Part shown: in pieces, positions 27,657 to 38,107 of the stretch
How the letters are laid out: each line of letters opens with the position of its first letter
Numbering within the stretch: the first letter of the stretch is position 1
From: Spirochaetia bacterium
GTDB lineage: Bacteria; Spirochaetota; Spirochaetia; UBA9216
DNA length: 64,000 bases
Reading direction: 5' to 3'
Assembly (NCBI GenBank): GCA_963675665.1
Contig: OY776510.1
Coordinates: 3,552,001-3,616,000, forward strand
The notes under the pieces: generated by a model
Seen by the model: the letters and a program-made list of their open reading frames with translations, nothing else
Told to the model about the DNA's origin: nothing
The model's database searches: none
Position numbers and translations under genes: made by a program

Positions 27657-30245
27657 ATGTCAGCAGATACGCCGATGATGCGCCAGTACAAGCGCATCAA
27701 ACAGTCACATACTGATTCAATACTGTTTTTTCGGCTGGGAGACTTTTATGAGATGTTTCTTTCCGATGCGAAGGAAGCATCTTCAATTTTAAATCTTACA
27801 CTTACTAAACGACACAATATTCCGATGTGCGGCATTCCATATCATGCCGCGCACAGTTACATTTCCAGGCTTTTAAAAGCCGGTAAAAAAATCGCCATTT
27901 GTGAACAGACCCGTATGCCGGAAAACGGCAAAGGAATTGCCGAACGCGAGGTTGTTGAAATAATTACTCCGGGGACTGTTGTAGATGAAGATTTTCTTGA
28001 AAAAGACAAGAATAATTATCTTCTTGCCGCCGGTGTAATCAGGAACAAACTTTCTATATCCTATACGGATCTTTCAACCGGAGAATTCTTCACTTCTTCC
28101 TTTGATGCAGAACGAACGGTTGATATTCTTAAACGGGAATTACTGAGGCTGTCTCCCGGCGAACTTCTAATCCAGCAGTCTCTTCTGGAAGATAATAACG
28201 ATGTTGCCCGGCTTCTTGACGAGCATAATAACCTGCTTGTCAACAGGTATCCCGACTGGGCGTTTGATATTACAAACTCATCGGAACTGCTTAAAAAACA
28301 ATTCAAACTTCATTCACTTAAGGGTTTCGGAATAAGCGATGACGACCCTGCTGTATTTTCATGCGGTATTATTCTTGAATATATTGCCGATACCTCAAAA
28401 AGCCTCCTTCCTCACATACGAAAATTAAACATATTAAACGACAGGGATTTCCTGCTTCTTGATGAATCAAGCCTGCGTAATCTTGAAATTACCGGAAACC
28501 TTCAGGACGGAAGCAAAAGGTATTCACTGCTGGAAGTCCTGGATAATACCCGTACAGCCATGGGCGCAAGAAAACTAAAAAGCTGGCTTCTTCATCCTCT
28601 TGTAAATGTTGATGAAATTGAATTGAGACAGAAAAGAGTAGGCGCACTTTATCATAACCAAATACTGCTTTCCGGAATAAATGAAAAACTTTCCGGAATT
28701 CTTGACATCGAACGGCTGACTTCAAGAATCGCCATGGAAAAAGCCCACGCGAAGGATCTTCTTGCAATCAGGAATTCCCTTAGGTCGTCTTTGAAACTCA
28801 ATACCCTGCTGGCCGAGTGGAAATCTGAGGAAGGCCCGGGAACGCTGCCGCCGGAAATACAGAAAACAGCTGAAGAGATTCTTGAATTACTTAAAAACGC
28901 AATCGATGAGGATCCGTCAACACTTCTTACTGAAGGCAGGATGATAAAATCAGGTTTCAGCAGCGAACTTGACGAACTCAAGGATCTTAGAAAACACAGC
29001 AAGAAAATTCTTACCGAGTATCTTGAAAAAGAGAAAGAAGATTCCGGAATTTCCTCAATGAAGATCAGATACAATAAAATAATCGGTTATTTTATTGAAG
29101 TCACAAAAACTAATCTTGATCATGTTCCGTCTCATTTTATCAGACGGCAATCGCTGGTTTCTGCCGAAAGATTTACAACCGATCGGCTTATTGAACTCGA
29201 AACCAATCTGAATTCGGCCTCCGATAAAGCGGTTGAACTGGAAAAGAAACTCTTTCTGGAAATTCGTGATTATGTAAAAAATGAAATCGAAACATTATTG
29301 GGTCTTTCTTCATATATCGCGGAAATTGACTGCCTGTCATCTCTTGCCGGTGCCGCTACAAAATACGGATACATAAAACCTGTTGTAAAAGCTTCCGGAT
29401 CAGTAGAAATTATTAACGGACGCCATCCTGTGGTAGAAGCCAATATGCCGTTCGGAGAATTTGTCCCGAACAGTTTAACATTCAAATCGGATAATGTCAG
29501 CTTTGCTCTTATAACCGGTCCCAATATGGCCGGAAAATCAACATACCTGAGACAAAATGCGCTGATAATTCTTATGGCGCAGATCGGGTCGTTCATCCCG
29601 GCCGAAAGCGCCGAAATAGGTATTGTAGACCGTATTTTCTGCAGGGTTGGAGCTTCCGACAACCTGGCACGCGGAGAATCTACCTTTATGGTGGAGATGA
29701 ATGAAACTGCAAATATTCTAAACTCTGCAACCGAAAAAAGTCTTGTAATAATGGATGAAGTGGGTCGCGGAACAGGTACAAACGACGGGCTTGCAATTGC
29801 ATGGGCTGTTTCCGAGTATCTGCTTAACCGTATAAAGGCAAAAACCCTGTTTGCAACCCATTACCATGAACTCACGCTTTTTGAGCATCCCGATTTAATT
29901 AATCTTTCTCTTGACGTACGTGAAAGCGGAGGCGAAATTGTCTTTCTTAAACGAATAAAAAGCGGCCCTGCTGATGCCTCTTACGGAATACATGTTGCCG
30001 GACTTGCCGGACTTCCTGAAGAAGTGATTTTACGTGCATCGGTAATTCAGAATGAACTTGAAAACCGAGAACAAAATCGTGATATAAGCTTAAATACGGA
30101 TAACTTTCCGAAGGAAACAAAACCTTCCGAACTGTTTTCAGCCGAAGATATGCTTTTAAGCGAACTCTCAGGCTTTAATCTTGATAACTGCACTCCTTTG
30201 GAAGCCCTAAACAAAATCAGCGAGTGGCAAAAAAAGTACAGATAA
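27657..30245 (+). CDS. mutS: DNA mismatch repair protein MutS
   Basis: TPMMRQY, FFRLGDFYEMF, ITGPNMAGKSTY, GESTFMVEM, DEVGRGT, ATHYHEL. Confidence 0.98.
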   Translation: MSADTPMMRQYKRIKQSHTDSILFFRLGDFYEMFLSDAKEASSILNLTLTKRHNIPMCGIPYHAAHSYISRLLKAGKKIAICEQTRMPENGKGIAEREVVEIITPGTVVDEDFLEKDKNNYLLAAGVIRNKLSISYTDLSTGEFFTSSFDAERTVDILKRELLRLSPGELLIQQSLLEDNNDVARLLDEHNNLLVNRYPDWAFDITNSSELLKKQFKLHSLKGFGISDDDPAVFSCGIILEYIADTSKSLLPHIRKLNILNDRDFLLLDESSLRNLEITGNLQDGSKRYSLLEVLDNTRTAMGARKLKSWLLHPLVNVDEIELRQKRVGALYHNQILLSGINEKLSGILDIERLTSRIAMEKAHAKDLLAIRNSLRSSLKLNTLLAEWKSEEGPGTLPPEIQKTAEEILELLKNAIDEDPSTLLTEGRMIKSGFSSELDELKDLRKHSKKILTEYLEKEKEDSGISSMKIRYNKIIGYFIEVTKTNLDHVPSHFIRRQSLVSAERFTTDRLIELETNLNSASDKAVELEKKLFLEIRDYVKNEIETLLGLSSYIAEIDCLSSLAGAATKYGYIKPVVKASGSVEIINGRHPVVEANMPFGEFVPNSLTFKSDNVSFALITGPNMAGKSTYLRQNALIILMAQIGSFIPAESAEIGIVDRIFCRVGASDNLARGESTFMVEMNETANILNSATEKSLVIMDEVGRGTGTNDGLAIAWAVSEYLLNRIKAKTLFATHYHELTLFEHPDLINLSLDVRESGGEIVFLKRIKSGPADASYGIHVAGLAGLPEEVILRASVIQNELENREQNRDISLNTDNFPKETKPSELFSAEDMLLSELSGFNLDNCTPLEALNKISEWQKKYR

Positions 30246-30319
30246 TCCGCTTTTTCCCGTGATTTCTTTAACTTACATTTTTAAAATCAGAATAAAAATA
30301 TCCGGTTATACAATATTTA

Positions 30320-31066
30320 ATGAATCTTACTGATATCCTGAACATAGCTGTAAAATCGGCAGATTTCTTTCTGCCCGATCACTGTGCAGTTTGCGACTGT
30401 TCTCTTGTTTTAAAAAGGCATTCGAATTATCAGAAAATTCCGCTTTGTGCCGATTGCATGATATCTGCTGAAAATGACATTTTCAGCAGACAGAACCCCT
30501 CAATCAGGCGATGCAGGCTCTGCGGCTATCCACTCACATCCGAATCAGAATTTTGCCTGCGCTGCAGAAACAGGGAGTGGAATTTTAACAGTTCAACAAG
30601 TCTTTTTCTTTATTCCGGCATTGCAAAAACCATGATATCTGCATATAAATTCGGGAACAGAAAAAAACTTGCTGTTTTTTTTGCGCGCCTGATTGATGTT
30701 TACTTCCGGGAGAACTGCGATGAACATATAATCGTTCCGGTTCCTTACAGACCATCTGCACGAAGAAAACGCGGCTGGGACCAGATTGATGTTATCTGTC
30801 GCATTCTTGGAAAGGAATACGGTCTTCATGTTTCAAAATGCCTTGCGCGGATGAACGGCCGGGCCCAGAAAACAATGTCGTATTCTGAAAGACTGTCGAA
30901 TCTGAAAAACAGGATCAGCCTTATTGAGAACAAAACCGTTCCCCGGTCTGTTCTTCTTATTGACGACGTTTTTACAACCGGAGCAACAATGGACAGTTGC
31001 GCCGAAATACTCCGAAAAAACGGTGCCTGCGACATACGTTGCCTGTCCCTGGCACTTGACCTTTAA
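30320..31066 (+). CDS. comF: ComF family protein (zinc ribbons plus PRTase-like domain)
   Basis: Four CxxC pairs, IVPVP, RGWDQ, VLLIDDVFTTGAT. Confidence 0.9.
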   Translation: MNLTDILNIAVKSADFFLPDHCAVCDCSLVLKRHSNYQKIPLCADCMISAENDIFSRQNPSIRRCRLCGYPLTSESEFCLRCRNREWNFNSSTSLFLYSGIAKTMISAYKFGNRKKLAVFFARLIDVYFRENCDEHIIVPVPYRPSARRKRGWDQIDVICRILGKEYGLHVSKCLARMNGRAQKTMSYSERLSNLKNRISLIENKTVPRSVLLIDDVFTTGATMDSCAEILRKNGACDIRCLSLALDL

Positions 31067-31113
31067 TGATGAAGAATATAGAATAATTACTGACAGCTGA
31101 TGAAAGATTACCT

Positions 31114-31141
31114 GAAGAAGTCGACCACGACTTCTTTTTTT
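31114..31141 (+). terminator. Intrinsic terminator/attenuator in the rimP-nusA-infB leader
   Basis: GAAGAAGTCG-ACCA-CGACTTCTTT hairpin followed by a T run, 21 nt before rimP. Confidence 0.75.
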
Positions 31142-31162
31142 GTAGGCTGATCTTTTTAAAGG

Positions 31163-31609
31163 ATGGAGTATTTGAAATACAGTGGATATGATGAAAACGA
31201 ACTGTTCACTATAATAAACCCTGTCTGTCAGGGATTCAACGCTGAAATAGTTCAGTTGAACAGTACCGTTATAAGAACTACTATGCAGGTCCGAATTGTT
31301 CTGTATAAAAAAGGCGGAATTAATATCAATACCTGCAGCGAAATATCCAGAGCTGTTTTGCCCCGAATAGAAATCTGGGCGGATAACAGGGATGTTAATC
31401 TCGAAGTTTCTTCTCCAGGTATAGGCAGAACGCTTAAAGATGCTTACGAGTTTAATATCTTTAAGGACGAGTCAATTAATATTCTTATTGATAACGAATG
31501 GCTGAACGGTAAAATAATTTCTTCAGATAAAAACACCGTCACCATTCAGAGCGGCCAGGACAGTATTGAATATAATTTTGAAAATATTCAAAAGGCCAAA
31601 TTAAATTAA
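31163..31609 (+). CDS. rimP: Ribosome maturation factor RimP
   Basis: GININTCSEISR, LEVSSPGIGRTL; precedes nusA. Confidence 0.93.
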   Translation: MEYLKYSGYDENELFTIINPVCQGFNAEIVQLNSTVIRTTMQVRIVLYKKGGININTCSEISRAVLPRIEIWADNRDVNLEVSSPGIGRTLKDAYEFNIFKDESINILIDNEWLNGKIISSDKNTVTIQSGQDSIEYNFENIQKAKLN

Positions 31610-31627
31610 AGAAACGGAGGAAAACGA

Positions 31628-33169
31628 ATGTCGTCAGGCATAGCTGAAGCTATAAAGCAATTAGTACAAGATAAAGGAATTTCCGAAGATCTTGTAATTA
31701 AAACTATAGAAGATTTCCTTTTGGCAGCATATAAAAGAACTTTCGGTACAGTAGACAATGCGGTTGTAAAGTTCTCGGATGACGGAAATGAAGTTGATCT
31801 TTTTGCACAGAAAATAATAGTCGAAGATGTTTACGATCCTGTGGCTGAAATTGCGCTGGAAGATGCTCTTAAACTTAACGAAGAATGTGAAATAGGCGAT
31901 GAACTTCTTATTCCAATTGATCCAATGGATTTTGATCGGGTTGCCGTGCAGAGCGCAAAACAAAAAGCTAAACAGACATTGCGTGAAATCCAGAAAGATA
32001 CACTTTTCTCGGAGTTTAATGAAAAACTCGGGGAAATGATTATCGGGTATTACCAGCGTGAAAAAAACGGAAATATCTATGTAGATCTCGGTAAAACCGA
32101 AGGAATACTTCCCAAACGGTTTCAGTCACCAAGAGAGGTTTACAGACCTAACGACAGAATAAAAGCTCTTATTTATGAAATCAATAAAACTCCTTCGGGG
32201 CTTCAGATAGTTCTTTCACGTACACATACCGATTTTGTCAAAAGGGTATTTGAACTTGAAGTACCTGAAATCTATGATAAAACAGTAGAGATCTTCAAAC
32301 TTGTACGTGAACCCGGTTATCGAACAAAGATTGCGGTTTATTCAAACCGTGATGATGTTGATCCTGTAGGCGCATGCGTAGGAATGAAGGGTGTTCGAAT
32401 TCAGGCGATTGTACGTGAACTCGAAGGGGAAAAAATCGATATCCTTAAATATGATGTTGATCCCCGCGTATTTATTAAAAATGCTCTTTCTCCTGCTGAA
32501 GTAAACGATATTATCGTGCTTGACGAAGCAAAACGTCAGGCCCTTGCTATTGTTTCCGAAAGTCAGCTTTCTCTGGCAATCGGCAAACAGGGGTTGAACG
32601 TCAGGCTGGCCAACAGACTTGCAGACTGGAATATCGACGTAAAAACCGAGGAACAGTTTGATGAAATGGACATTGCCATTGACACACGCCGGGCGGTATC
32701 TGAACTTTTCGGAGACATCGATGATTCTGAAGAAATTACATCCATTTCCGAACTGCCGGGCATTACCGACAGAATTGTTGAAATCCTTAACGGTCATGAT
32801 ATTGAACTTATTGAAGACCTTGTTGCTCTTGCAGACACAGAACTCAACAGTTATAACGATCTTACAACCGATGATGTTGAACAGTTGAAATCTATAATCG
32901 CAGACAATGTTGACATTATTGAAGAAGAAGAAGATTATAATGAAGAAGACTTCGGCCCCGAAGAATATGACGAAGGGGATGATGAATCATCTTCAAATGA
33001 TGATCAGGATGATGAATTTCCTGAAGAAACAGAAGAAGATATTGTTGATAGTAATGACGAAGAAGGCTACGAATGTCCGGAATGCGGTCATCCTATCACA
33101 CTTGATATGACCGCATGTCCTAACTGCGGCGTTGGTATCAGCTTTGAGATTGAAGATGAAGATGAATAA
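31628..33169 (+). CDS. nusA: Transcription termination factor NusA
   Basis: S1 and KH domains, REPGYRTKIAV, DPVGACVG, LSLAIGKQGLNVRLA; acidic tail with a 2xCxxC zinc ribbon. Confidence 0.98.
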   Translation: MSSGIAEAIKQLVQDKGISEDLVIKTIEDFLLAAYKRTFGTVDNAVVKFSDDGNEVDLFAQKIIVEDVYDPVAEIALEDALKLNEECEIGDELLIPIDPMDFDRVAVQSAKQKAKQTLREIQKDTLFSEFNEKLGEMIIGYYQREKNGNIYVDLGKTEGILPKRFQSPREVYRPNDRIKALIYEINKTPSGLQIVLSRTHTDFVKRVFELEVPEIYDKTVEIFKLVREPGYRTKIAVYSNRDDVDPVGACVGMKGVRIQAIVRELEGEKIDILKYDVDPRVFIKNALSPAEVNDIIVLDEAKRQALAIVSESQLSLAIGKQGLNVRLANRLADWNIDVKTEEQFDEMDIAIDTRRAVSELFGDIDDSEEITSISELPGITDRIVEILNGHDIELIEDLVALADTELNSYNDLTTDDVEQLKSIIADNVDIIEEEEDYNEEDFGPEEYDEGDDESSSNDDQDDEFPEETEEDIVDSNDEEGYECPECGHPITLDMTACPNCGVGISFEIEDEDE

Positions 33170-33190
33170 AATATAATTTGAAGGGAATAT

Positions 33191-36013
33191 ATGTCAGAAG
33201 AACTTGAGAAGAAGAATTTGCCTAAAGCTACACTCATTAAACACAAAAAACCGGCAACTGACTCAGATGCATCAAAAGCAGAGAAAAAGAAAGTAGTTGT
33301 TGTCAAGAAAAAGAAGAAACCTGTCGTAAAGGCTGTACATACCGATAATTCAAAATCGGATAATAACAAGCAAAGTGTTAAAAATGCCCCAGGCAGCGGG
33401 ACTTCAAAAACTGCTGCAGGCAAATCCGCCAAGGGTGAAAGACCCCTGGGCGGATCCAGAAAAGGCAGATCTCAAGATGACATATACAAAGCCGGAGGAG
33501 CTCCCGAATCAAGTGCGGATAATGAAGTAAAAACAGAACCGCGTAATGAAGCTGTATCACGTGAGTCTTCTTCTCCGGTAAATGAAATGCCTGGCAGAAG
33601 CCGAAGCGAAGGTGATTACAAACGGGATAACAACCGCCAGGGCGGAAGCTATCAGGGCCGTTCATATGACAATCGCAGACCACAGGGCGACAACCGTCAG
33701 ACAGACAACCGCCAGAGCGGAGGCTATCAGGGCCGTTCATATGACAACCGCAGACCCCAGGGCGACACCCGTCAGGGCGGCGGCTATCAGGGCCGTTCAT
33801 ATGACAACCGCAGACCACAGGGTGACAACCGTCAGACAGACAACCGCCAGAGCGGAGGCTATCAGGGCCGTTCATATGACAACCGCAGACCACAGGGCGA
33901 CACCCGTCAGTCAGACAACCGCCAGGGCGGCGGCTATCAGGGCCGTTCATATGACAACCGCAGAAGCAGCGGTCCCGGCAGCAGACCAGGAGGTCCGGGT
34001 GGAAGACCTGGCCCCGGCAGCAGACCAGGAGGTCCGGGCGGAAGACCTGGTCCCGGCGGCAGACCCGGAGGTCCGGGCAGACCGGGCCAGGGCGGAAAAC
34101 CGACCGGAAACATGCCTGCTCCCGGCGGAGAAAACAAAAAATCAGCCGGAAGAAAGGTATTTAAAACCAAGAAGAAGGCTGACTATAAAAAGAAAAATGA
34201 TTTTGAGCTGGAAAAAGATTTTCAGATCAAGAAAAAAACCATACAGCGAGCAAACCCCGTTCCTTCAGAAATCGAGATGATGGAAGTTATTACGGTCTCC
34301 GACCTTGCAAGAAAAATGAATCTAAAAGCTTCCGAGCTCATAGCAAAACTTATGAGCATGGGCATGATGGTGACGATTAACCAGCAGATAGACGCGGAAA
34401 CTGCCGAACTACTTGCTTCCGAGTATAAATGCAAGGTTAAAATAGTATCTCTTTATGATGAAACAATCATAGAAAGTGAAAAAGATAATGAAGAAGATCT
34501 GAAACCACGGCCCCCTATTGTTACTGTAATGGGGCATGTCGACCATGGTAAAACAAAACTTCTTGATGCTATCCGTAAAACTGATATTGTCGCAGACGAA
34601 CACGGCGGTATTACCCAGCATATAGGAGCATCAAAGGTTGATCTCGAACAGGGTTCTATTGTCTTTCTTGACACTCCGGGTCATGAAGCATTTACTTTAA
34701 TGAGGGCACGCGGCGCAGAAGTAACCGATATTGTTGTACTTGTCGTTGCCGCAAATGACGGTGTAATGCCTCAAACTGTTGAAGCAATCAATCACGCCAA
34801 ACAGGCCAAAGTCCCTATTATTATTGCCGTCAACAAATGCGATCTGCCCGACGCCAACATTGACAGGGTAAAACAGCAGTTATCTGAATATGAACTCATG
34901 CCGGAAGACTGGGGCGGAACTACTCTTTTTAATGAGATTTCCGCACTTAAAGGTACCGGGATCAGCGAACTTCTTGATAATATTTTGCTTCAGGCCGAGC
35001 TTCTTGAGCTTAAAGCCAATGTGGACTGCCGTGCGGAAGGCACAGTTATTGAATCCAGGGTTGATCAGGGGCGCGGTATTGTTTCTTCGGTCATCATAGA
35101 AAGGGGAACCCTGCGAATCGGAGACAGTTTTGTAGCAGGGGTTTTTCCAGGCAAGGTAAGAGCTCTTTTTGACGACAAGGGATATAAAATTACAGAAGCC
35201 GGACCGGCTACCCCCGTTGAGATTCTCGGATTTACCGGTATACCTAATGCCGGAGCTCCATTCCAGGTTACTGAAAATGAAAAAACAGCCAGAATGGTCG
35301 GAGAAAAGCGTCAGGAACTTGAAAAACAGGGCAGAGCCGATAATCTTACTAAGGTCACCCTTGATAACCTGTATGATTCCATACAGGAAGGTGAAATACA
35401 GGAACTGAAGGTCATTATAAAGGGTGACGTTCACGGTTCCGTTGAAGCTCTGCAGACTTCATTAAAGAAACTCAGTACTGCAGAAATAAAACTGACCCCG
35501 ATACATGCAGCTGCAGGAGCCATAGTCGAAAATGATGTTACGCTCGCATCTGCATCCAATGCAATAATTATTGGGTTTCATGTAAGACCTACACCAAAAG
35601 CACTGGCACTTGCTGAGCAGGAAAAAGTCGACATCAGAAAATATAATATCATCTATGATGCCGTTGCAGACATAAAAGCAGCGATGGAAGGTATGCTTGC
35701 CCCTGAACTTTCAGAAGAGACTCTCGGAACTGTTGAAGTTCGCGAAGTTTTCAAAGTACCAAAAATCGGTCTTATTGCCGGTTGTTACGTTAAAAGCGGA
35801 AAGGTCAGAAGAAACGAGAGCGCGCATATTATCCGCGACGGCGTGATACTCCATTCCGGAAAAATAACCTCGCTCAAGAGGTTTAAGGATGATGTCCGTG
35901 AAGTAGATTCCGGTTATGAATGCGGAATCGGTATTGAAAATTATCTTGACGTTCAGGTTGGTGATGAATTTGAGGTTTATGTTATTAAAGAAACCGCCAG
36001 AAACCTGGATTGA
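33191..36013 (+). CDS. infB: Translation initiation factor IF-2
   Basis: RPPIVTVMGHVDHGKT, GITQHIGA, DTPGHEAF, NKCD, SLKRFKDDV. Confidence 0.99.
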   Translation: MSEELEKKNLPKATLIKHKKPATDSDASKAEKKKVVVVKKKKKPVVKAVHTDNSKSDNNKQSVKNAPGSGTSKTAAGKSAKGERPLGGSRKGRSQDDIYKAGGAPESSADNEVKTEPRNEAVSRESSSPVNEMPGRSRSEGDYKRDNNRQGGSYQGRSYDNRRPQGDNRQTDNRQSGGYQGRSYDNRRPQGDTRQGGGYQGRSYDNRRPQGDNRQTDNRQSGGYQGRSYDNRRPQGDTRQSDNRQGGGYQGRSYDNRRSSGPGSRPGGPGGRPGPGSRPGGPGGRPGPGGRPGGPGRPGQGGKPTGNMPAPGGENKKSAGRKVFKTKKKADYKKKNDFELEKDFQIKKKTIQRANPVPSEIEMMEVITVSDLARKMNLKASELIAKLMSMGMMVTINQQIDAETAELLASEYKCKVKIVSLYDETIIESEKDNEEDLKPRPPIVTVMGHVDHGKTKLLDAIRKTDIVADEHGGITQHIGASKVDLEQGSIVFLDTPGHEAFTLMRARGAEVTDIVVLVVAANDGVMPQTVEAINHAKQAKVPIIIAVNKCDLPDANIDRVKQQLSEYELMPEDWGGTTLFNEISALKGTGISELLDNILLQAELLELKANVDCRAEGTVIESRVDQGRGIVSSVIIERGTLRIGDSFVAGVFPGKVRALFDDKGYKITEAGPATPVEILGFTGIPNAGAPFQVTENEKTARMVGEKRQELEKQGRADNLTKVTLDNLYDSIQEGEIQELKVIIKGDVHGSVEALQTSLKKLSTAEIKLTPIHAAAGAIVENDVTLASASNAIIIGFHVRPTPKALALAEQEKVDIRKYNIIYDAVADIKAAMEGMLAPELSEETLGTVEVREVFKVPKIGLIAGCYVKSGKVRRNESAHIIRDGVILHSGKITSLKRFKDDVREVDSGYECGIGIENYLDVQVGDEFEVYVIKETARNLD
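33631..33965 (+). repeat. In-frame tandem repeat in infB, 5 units of 60-75 bp (GGYQGRSYDNRRPQGD...)
   Basis: Core ctatcagggccgttcatatgacaa at 33649, 33724, 33784, 33859, 33934 (spacings 75, 60, 75, 75). Confidence 0.95.
33971..34081 (+). repeat. In-frame 39-bp tandem repeat in infB (GPGSRPGGPGGRP, about 3 copies)
   Basis: Units begin at 33971, 34010 and 34049. Confidence 0.9.
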
Positions 36014-36034
36014 TAATAGAATCAGGAATAACTA

Positions 36035-36415
36035 ATGTCCGAATTCAGAATTCAGCGCATTGAAAATATGGTGCGCGATATAATAAGTGAAATGATCATA
36101 AAGGGGGTTATTAAAGACCCCCGGATCAGCAGTCTCGTGTCCATTTCCATGGTCGAGGTGTCAAAAGATCTCTCTTATGCGAAAGTACATATCTCGGGTT
36201 TTGAGAACGAAAAAAAAATAAAATCAAGCGTCGACGGGTTGAACAGCGCGGCCGGTTTTATTCAGAAAAATCTGGGAAAAAGAATGCATACCAGAACAAC
36301 TCCGAAATTAAACTTTGTTTTTGACAGCTCAATCCGTGACGGTTTTGAGATGACAAAAAAACTTGAGTCTATGCATATTGAACCGGAGGAAGCCGATAAC
36401 GACCTTGACAACTGA
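36035..36415 (+). CDS. rbfA: Ribosome-binding factor A
   Basis: IKDPRI, VEVSKDLSYAKV, LNSAAGFI, TPKLNFVFDSSI. Confidence 0.96.
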   Translation: MSEFRIQRIENMVRDIISEMIIKGVIKDPRISSLVSISMVEVSKDLSYAKVHISGFENEKKIKSSVDGLNSAAGFIQKNLGKRMHTRTTPKLNFVFDSSIRDGFEMTKKLESMHIEPEEADNDLDN

Positions 36416-37307
36416 TACAAACGGCATTCTGCTTCTCAATAAGCCTTCAGGTATAACTTCGTTTAAAGCTCTCGGAAATATCAAAAAGCAGCTTCGGATT
36501 TTCAGCAATAATAAAATCAAAGTCGGACATACTGGAACGCTTGACAGTTTTGCAGAGGGCCTTCTTGTTGTACTTACGGGCAAGTTTACCCGGTTCAATC
36601 CGGTATTTACTGCTTTTGATAAATCTTATGAAGCCGAGATCATATTCGGAACCGAAACTGATACCCTTGACCCTGGCGGAAAAGAAATAAAAACTGGTCC
36701 GGTACCGGATTACGAAACGATAATCTCATCTAAAATACAATTTTCCGGTACAATTTATCAGAGGCCGCCTGTTTTTTCGGCTGTTCATATAAACGGAGAA
36801 CGGGCTTATAAAAAGGCCGTCAAAGGTGAAATGCCAGAACTGCCCGAGCGTAAAATTACAATAAACAACTTTGACATCCTCGACTGGAAACCGCCAGTTC
36901 TTCGCTGCAGAATCGATTGCTCAAAAGGAACCTACATCCGGTCAATTGCCCGTGATCTCGGAAACCTTTGCGGAAGCTGTGCAAGGTTGGAGAAGCTGAA
37001 ACGTTTAAAAGTCGGCCCTTTTTCAGTTGACGACAGCATTTCACCTGATGAATTTAATCCGGAACTGCACTTGATGTCAGGTTTAAAAGTCTTTAATCTT
37101 CTTGATTCATATCTGCCCGGCAGCTTTATTCCGCTAATGGTTAAAGAAGAATTTGTTCCGCTGATACGTAACGGCGCAGCCATCAGGGACAATTTCTTTA
37201 CCGAACGTCCTGAAAAAAACGGTCTTTATGTTCTGAACAACAACAGCGAGTTTATAGCTTATATAAAAATTGAATCAGGTATATACAGCTATATATTTGT
37301 AGGTTAG
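36405..37307 (+). CDS. truB: tRNA pseudouridine(55) synthase
   Basis: GILLLNKPSGITS, KVGHTGTLD, TDTLDPGG, CSKGTYIRSIARD; likely TTG start 36405 overlapping rbfA. Confidence 0.96.
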   Translation: MTTDTNGILLLNKPSGITSFKALGNIKKQLRIFSNNKIKVGHTGTLDSFAEGLLVVLTGKFTRFNPVFTAFDKSYEAEIIFGTETDTLDPGGKEIKTGPVPDYETIISSKIQFSGTIYQRPPVFSAVHINGERAYKKAVKGEMPELPERKITINNFDILDWKPPVLRCRIDCSKGTYIRSIARDLGNLCGSCARLEKLKRLKVGPFSVDDSISPDEFNPELHLMSGLKVFNLLDSYLPGSFIPLMVKEEFVPLIRNGAAIRDNFFTERPEKNGLYVLNNNSEFIAYIKIESGIYSYIFVG

Positions 37308-37310
37308 CAA

Positions 37311-38102
37311 ATGAAAATTATTGACTGGGATACTTTTGCGGAATACGGGATTGATTCTGAAGCACCGGTTTCTTTTACAACCGGTGTTTTTGACGGCCTA
37401 CACAGGGGGCATCACCAGCTAATTAATTGTTTGCTTTCCCAAAAGGAGAACACCGCTGTACTGGCAACTTTTACTTCAAATCCTTTCAGACTTTTGCGTC
37501 CCGAAAATTATAAAGGAGATATTTCTTCTCTGGATCAGAAGCTTTGGCTGTTAGGAGCTGCGGGTATCGACATCGTTATTCTCATTGACTTTTCTCTGGA
37601 ATTCAGTAAACTGTCAGGGAGAGATTTTTTCTGTTATATAAGAAAACATCTTAACATGGACCATCTGGTACTTGGAAAGGATCATAAGCTTGGCAACAGG
37701 GGTGATACATCGGCACAACGTGCCAAAGAAATGCTGGAACCCGACGGTGTAGCCGTCGATATTGTTCCGCCTCTTTTTGAAGGCGGAAAACCGGTCAGCA
37801 GTACCAGGATCAGGGCAGCAATAGAAGAAGGCAACTTGTGTGCCGCAGAAATTCTGCTCGGCCGGAAACATGTTCTCGATCTTTCAGGCATTGAGTACAT
37901 TTCGGAAGATTATTCTCCCTATCTAAGGAGAAATGATATAAATCAGGTTATACCGTTCAATGGCAGATATGCTGTTATGCTTGAGAATGGTTTCAAGACC
38001 TTTGCCACAAAAATAAACATTAATGAAGACAGCATAGTGTTTGAGAAAAAGCCTGATTTTCAGGCAGAGACACTAACTTTTAATTGTAATTTGCAGGAGT
38101 AA
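37311..38102 (+). CDS. ribF: FAD synthetase (FMN adenylyltransferase) with a degenerate riboflavin kinase half
   Basis: [17 protein letters not shown]; C-terminal half short and lacking GFPTAN. Confidence 0.88.
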   Translation: MKIIDWDTFAEYGIDSEAPVSFTTGVFDGLHRGHHQLINCLLSQKENTAVLATFTSNPFRLLRPENYKGDISSLDQKLWLLGAAGIDIVILIDFSLEFSKLSGRDFFCYIRKHLNMDHLVLGKDHKLGNRGDTSAQRAKEMLEPDGVAVDIVPPLFEGGKPVSSTRIRAAIEEGNLCAAEILLGRKHVLDLSGIEYISEDYSPYLRRNDINQVIPFNGRYAVMLENGFKTFATKININEDSIVFEKKPDFQAETLTFNCNLQE

Positions 38103-38107
38103 ACAGA

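Noticed and set aside
33631-33965. Regularly spaced repeats resembling a CRISPR array
   Set aside because: Intervening sequences are not unique, all periods are multiples of 3 inside infB, and no cas genes are present
33378-34280. Long alternative-frame ORFs (33582-34280 plus, 33378-33950 minus)
   Set aside because: By-products of the GC-rich, stop-poor repeats in infB
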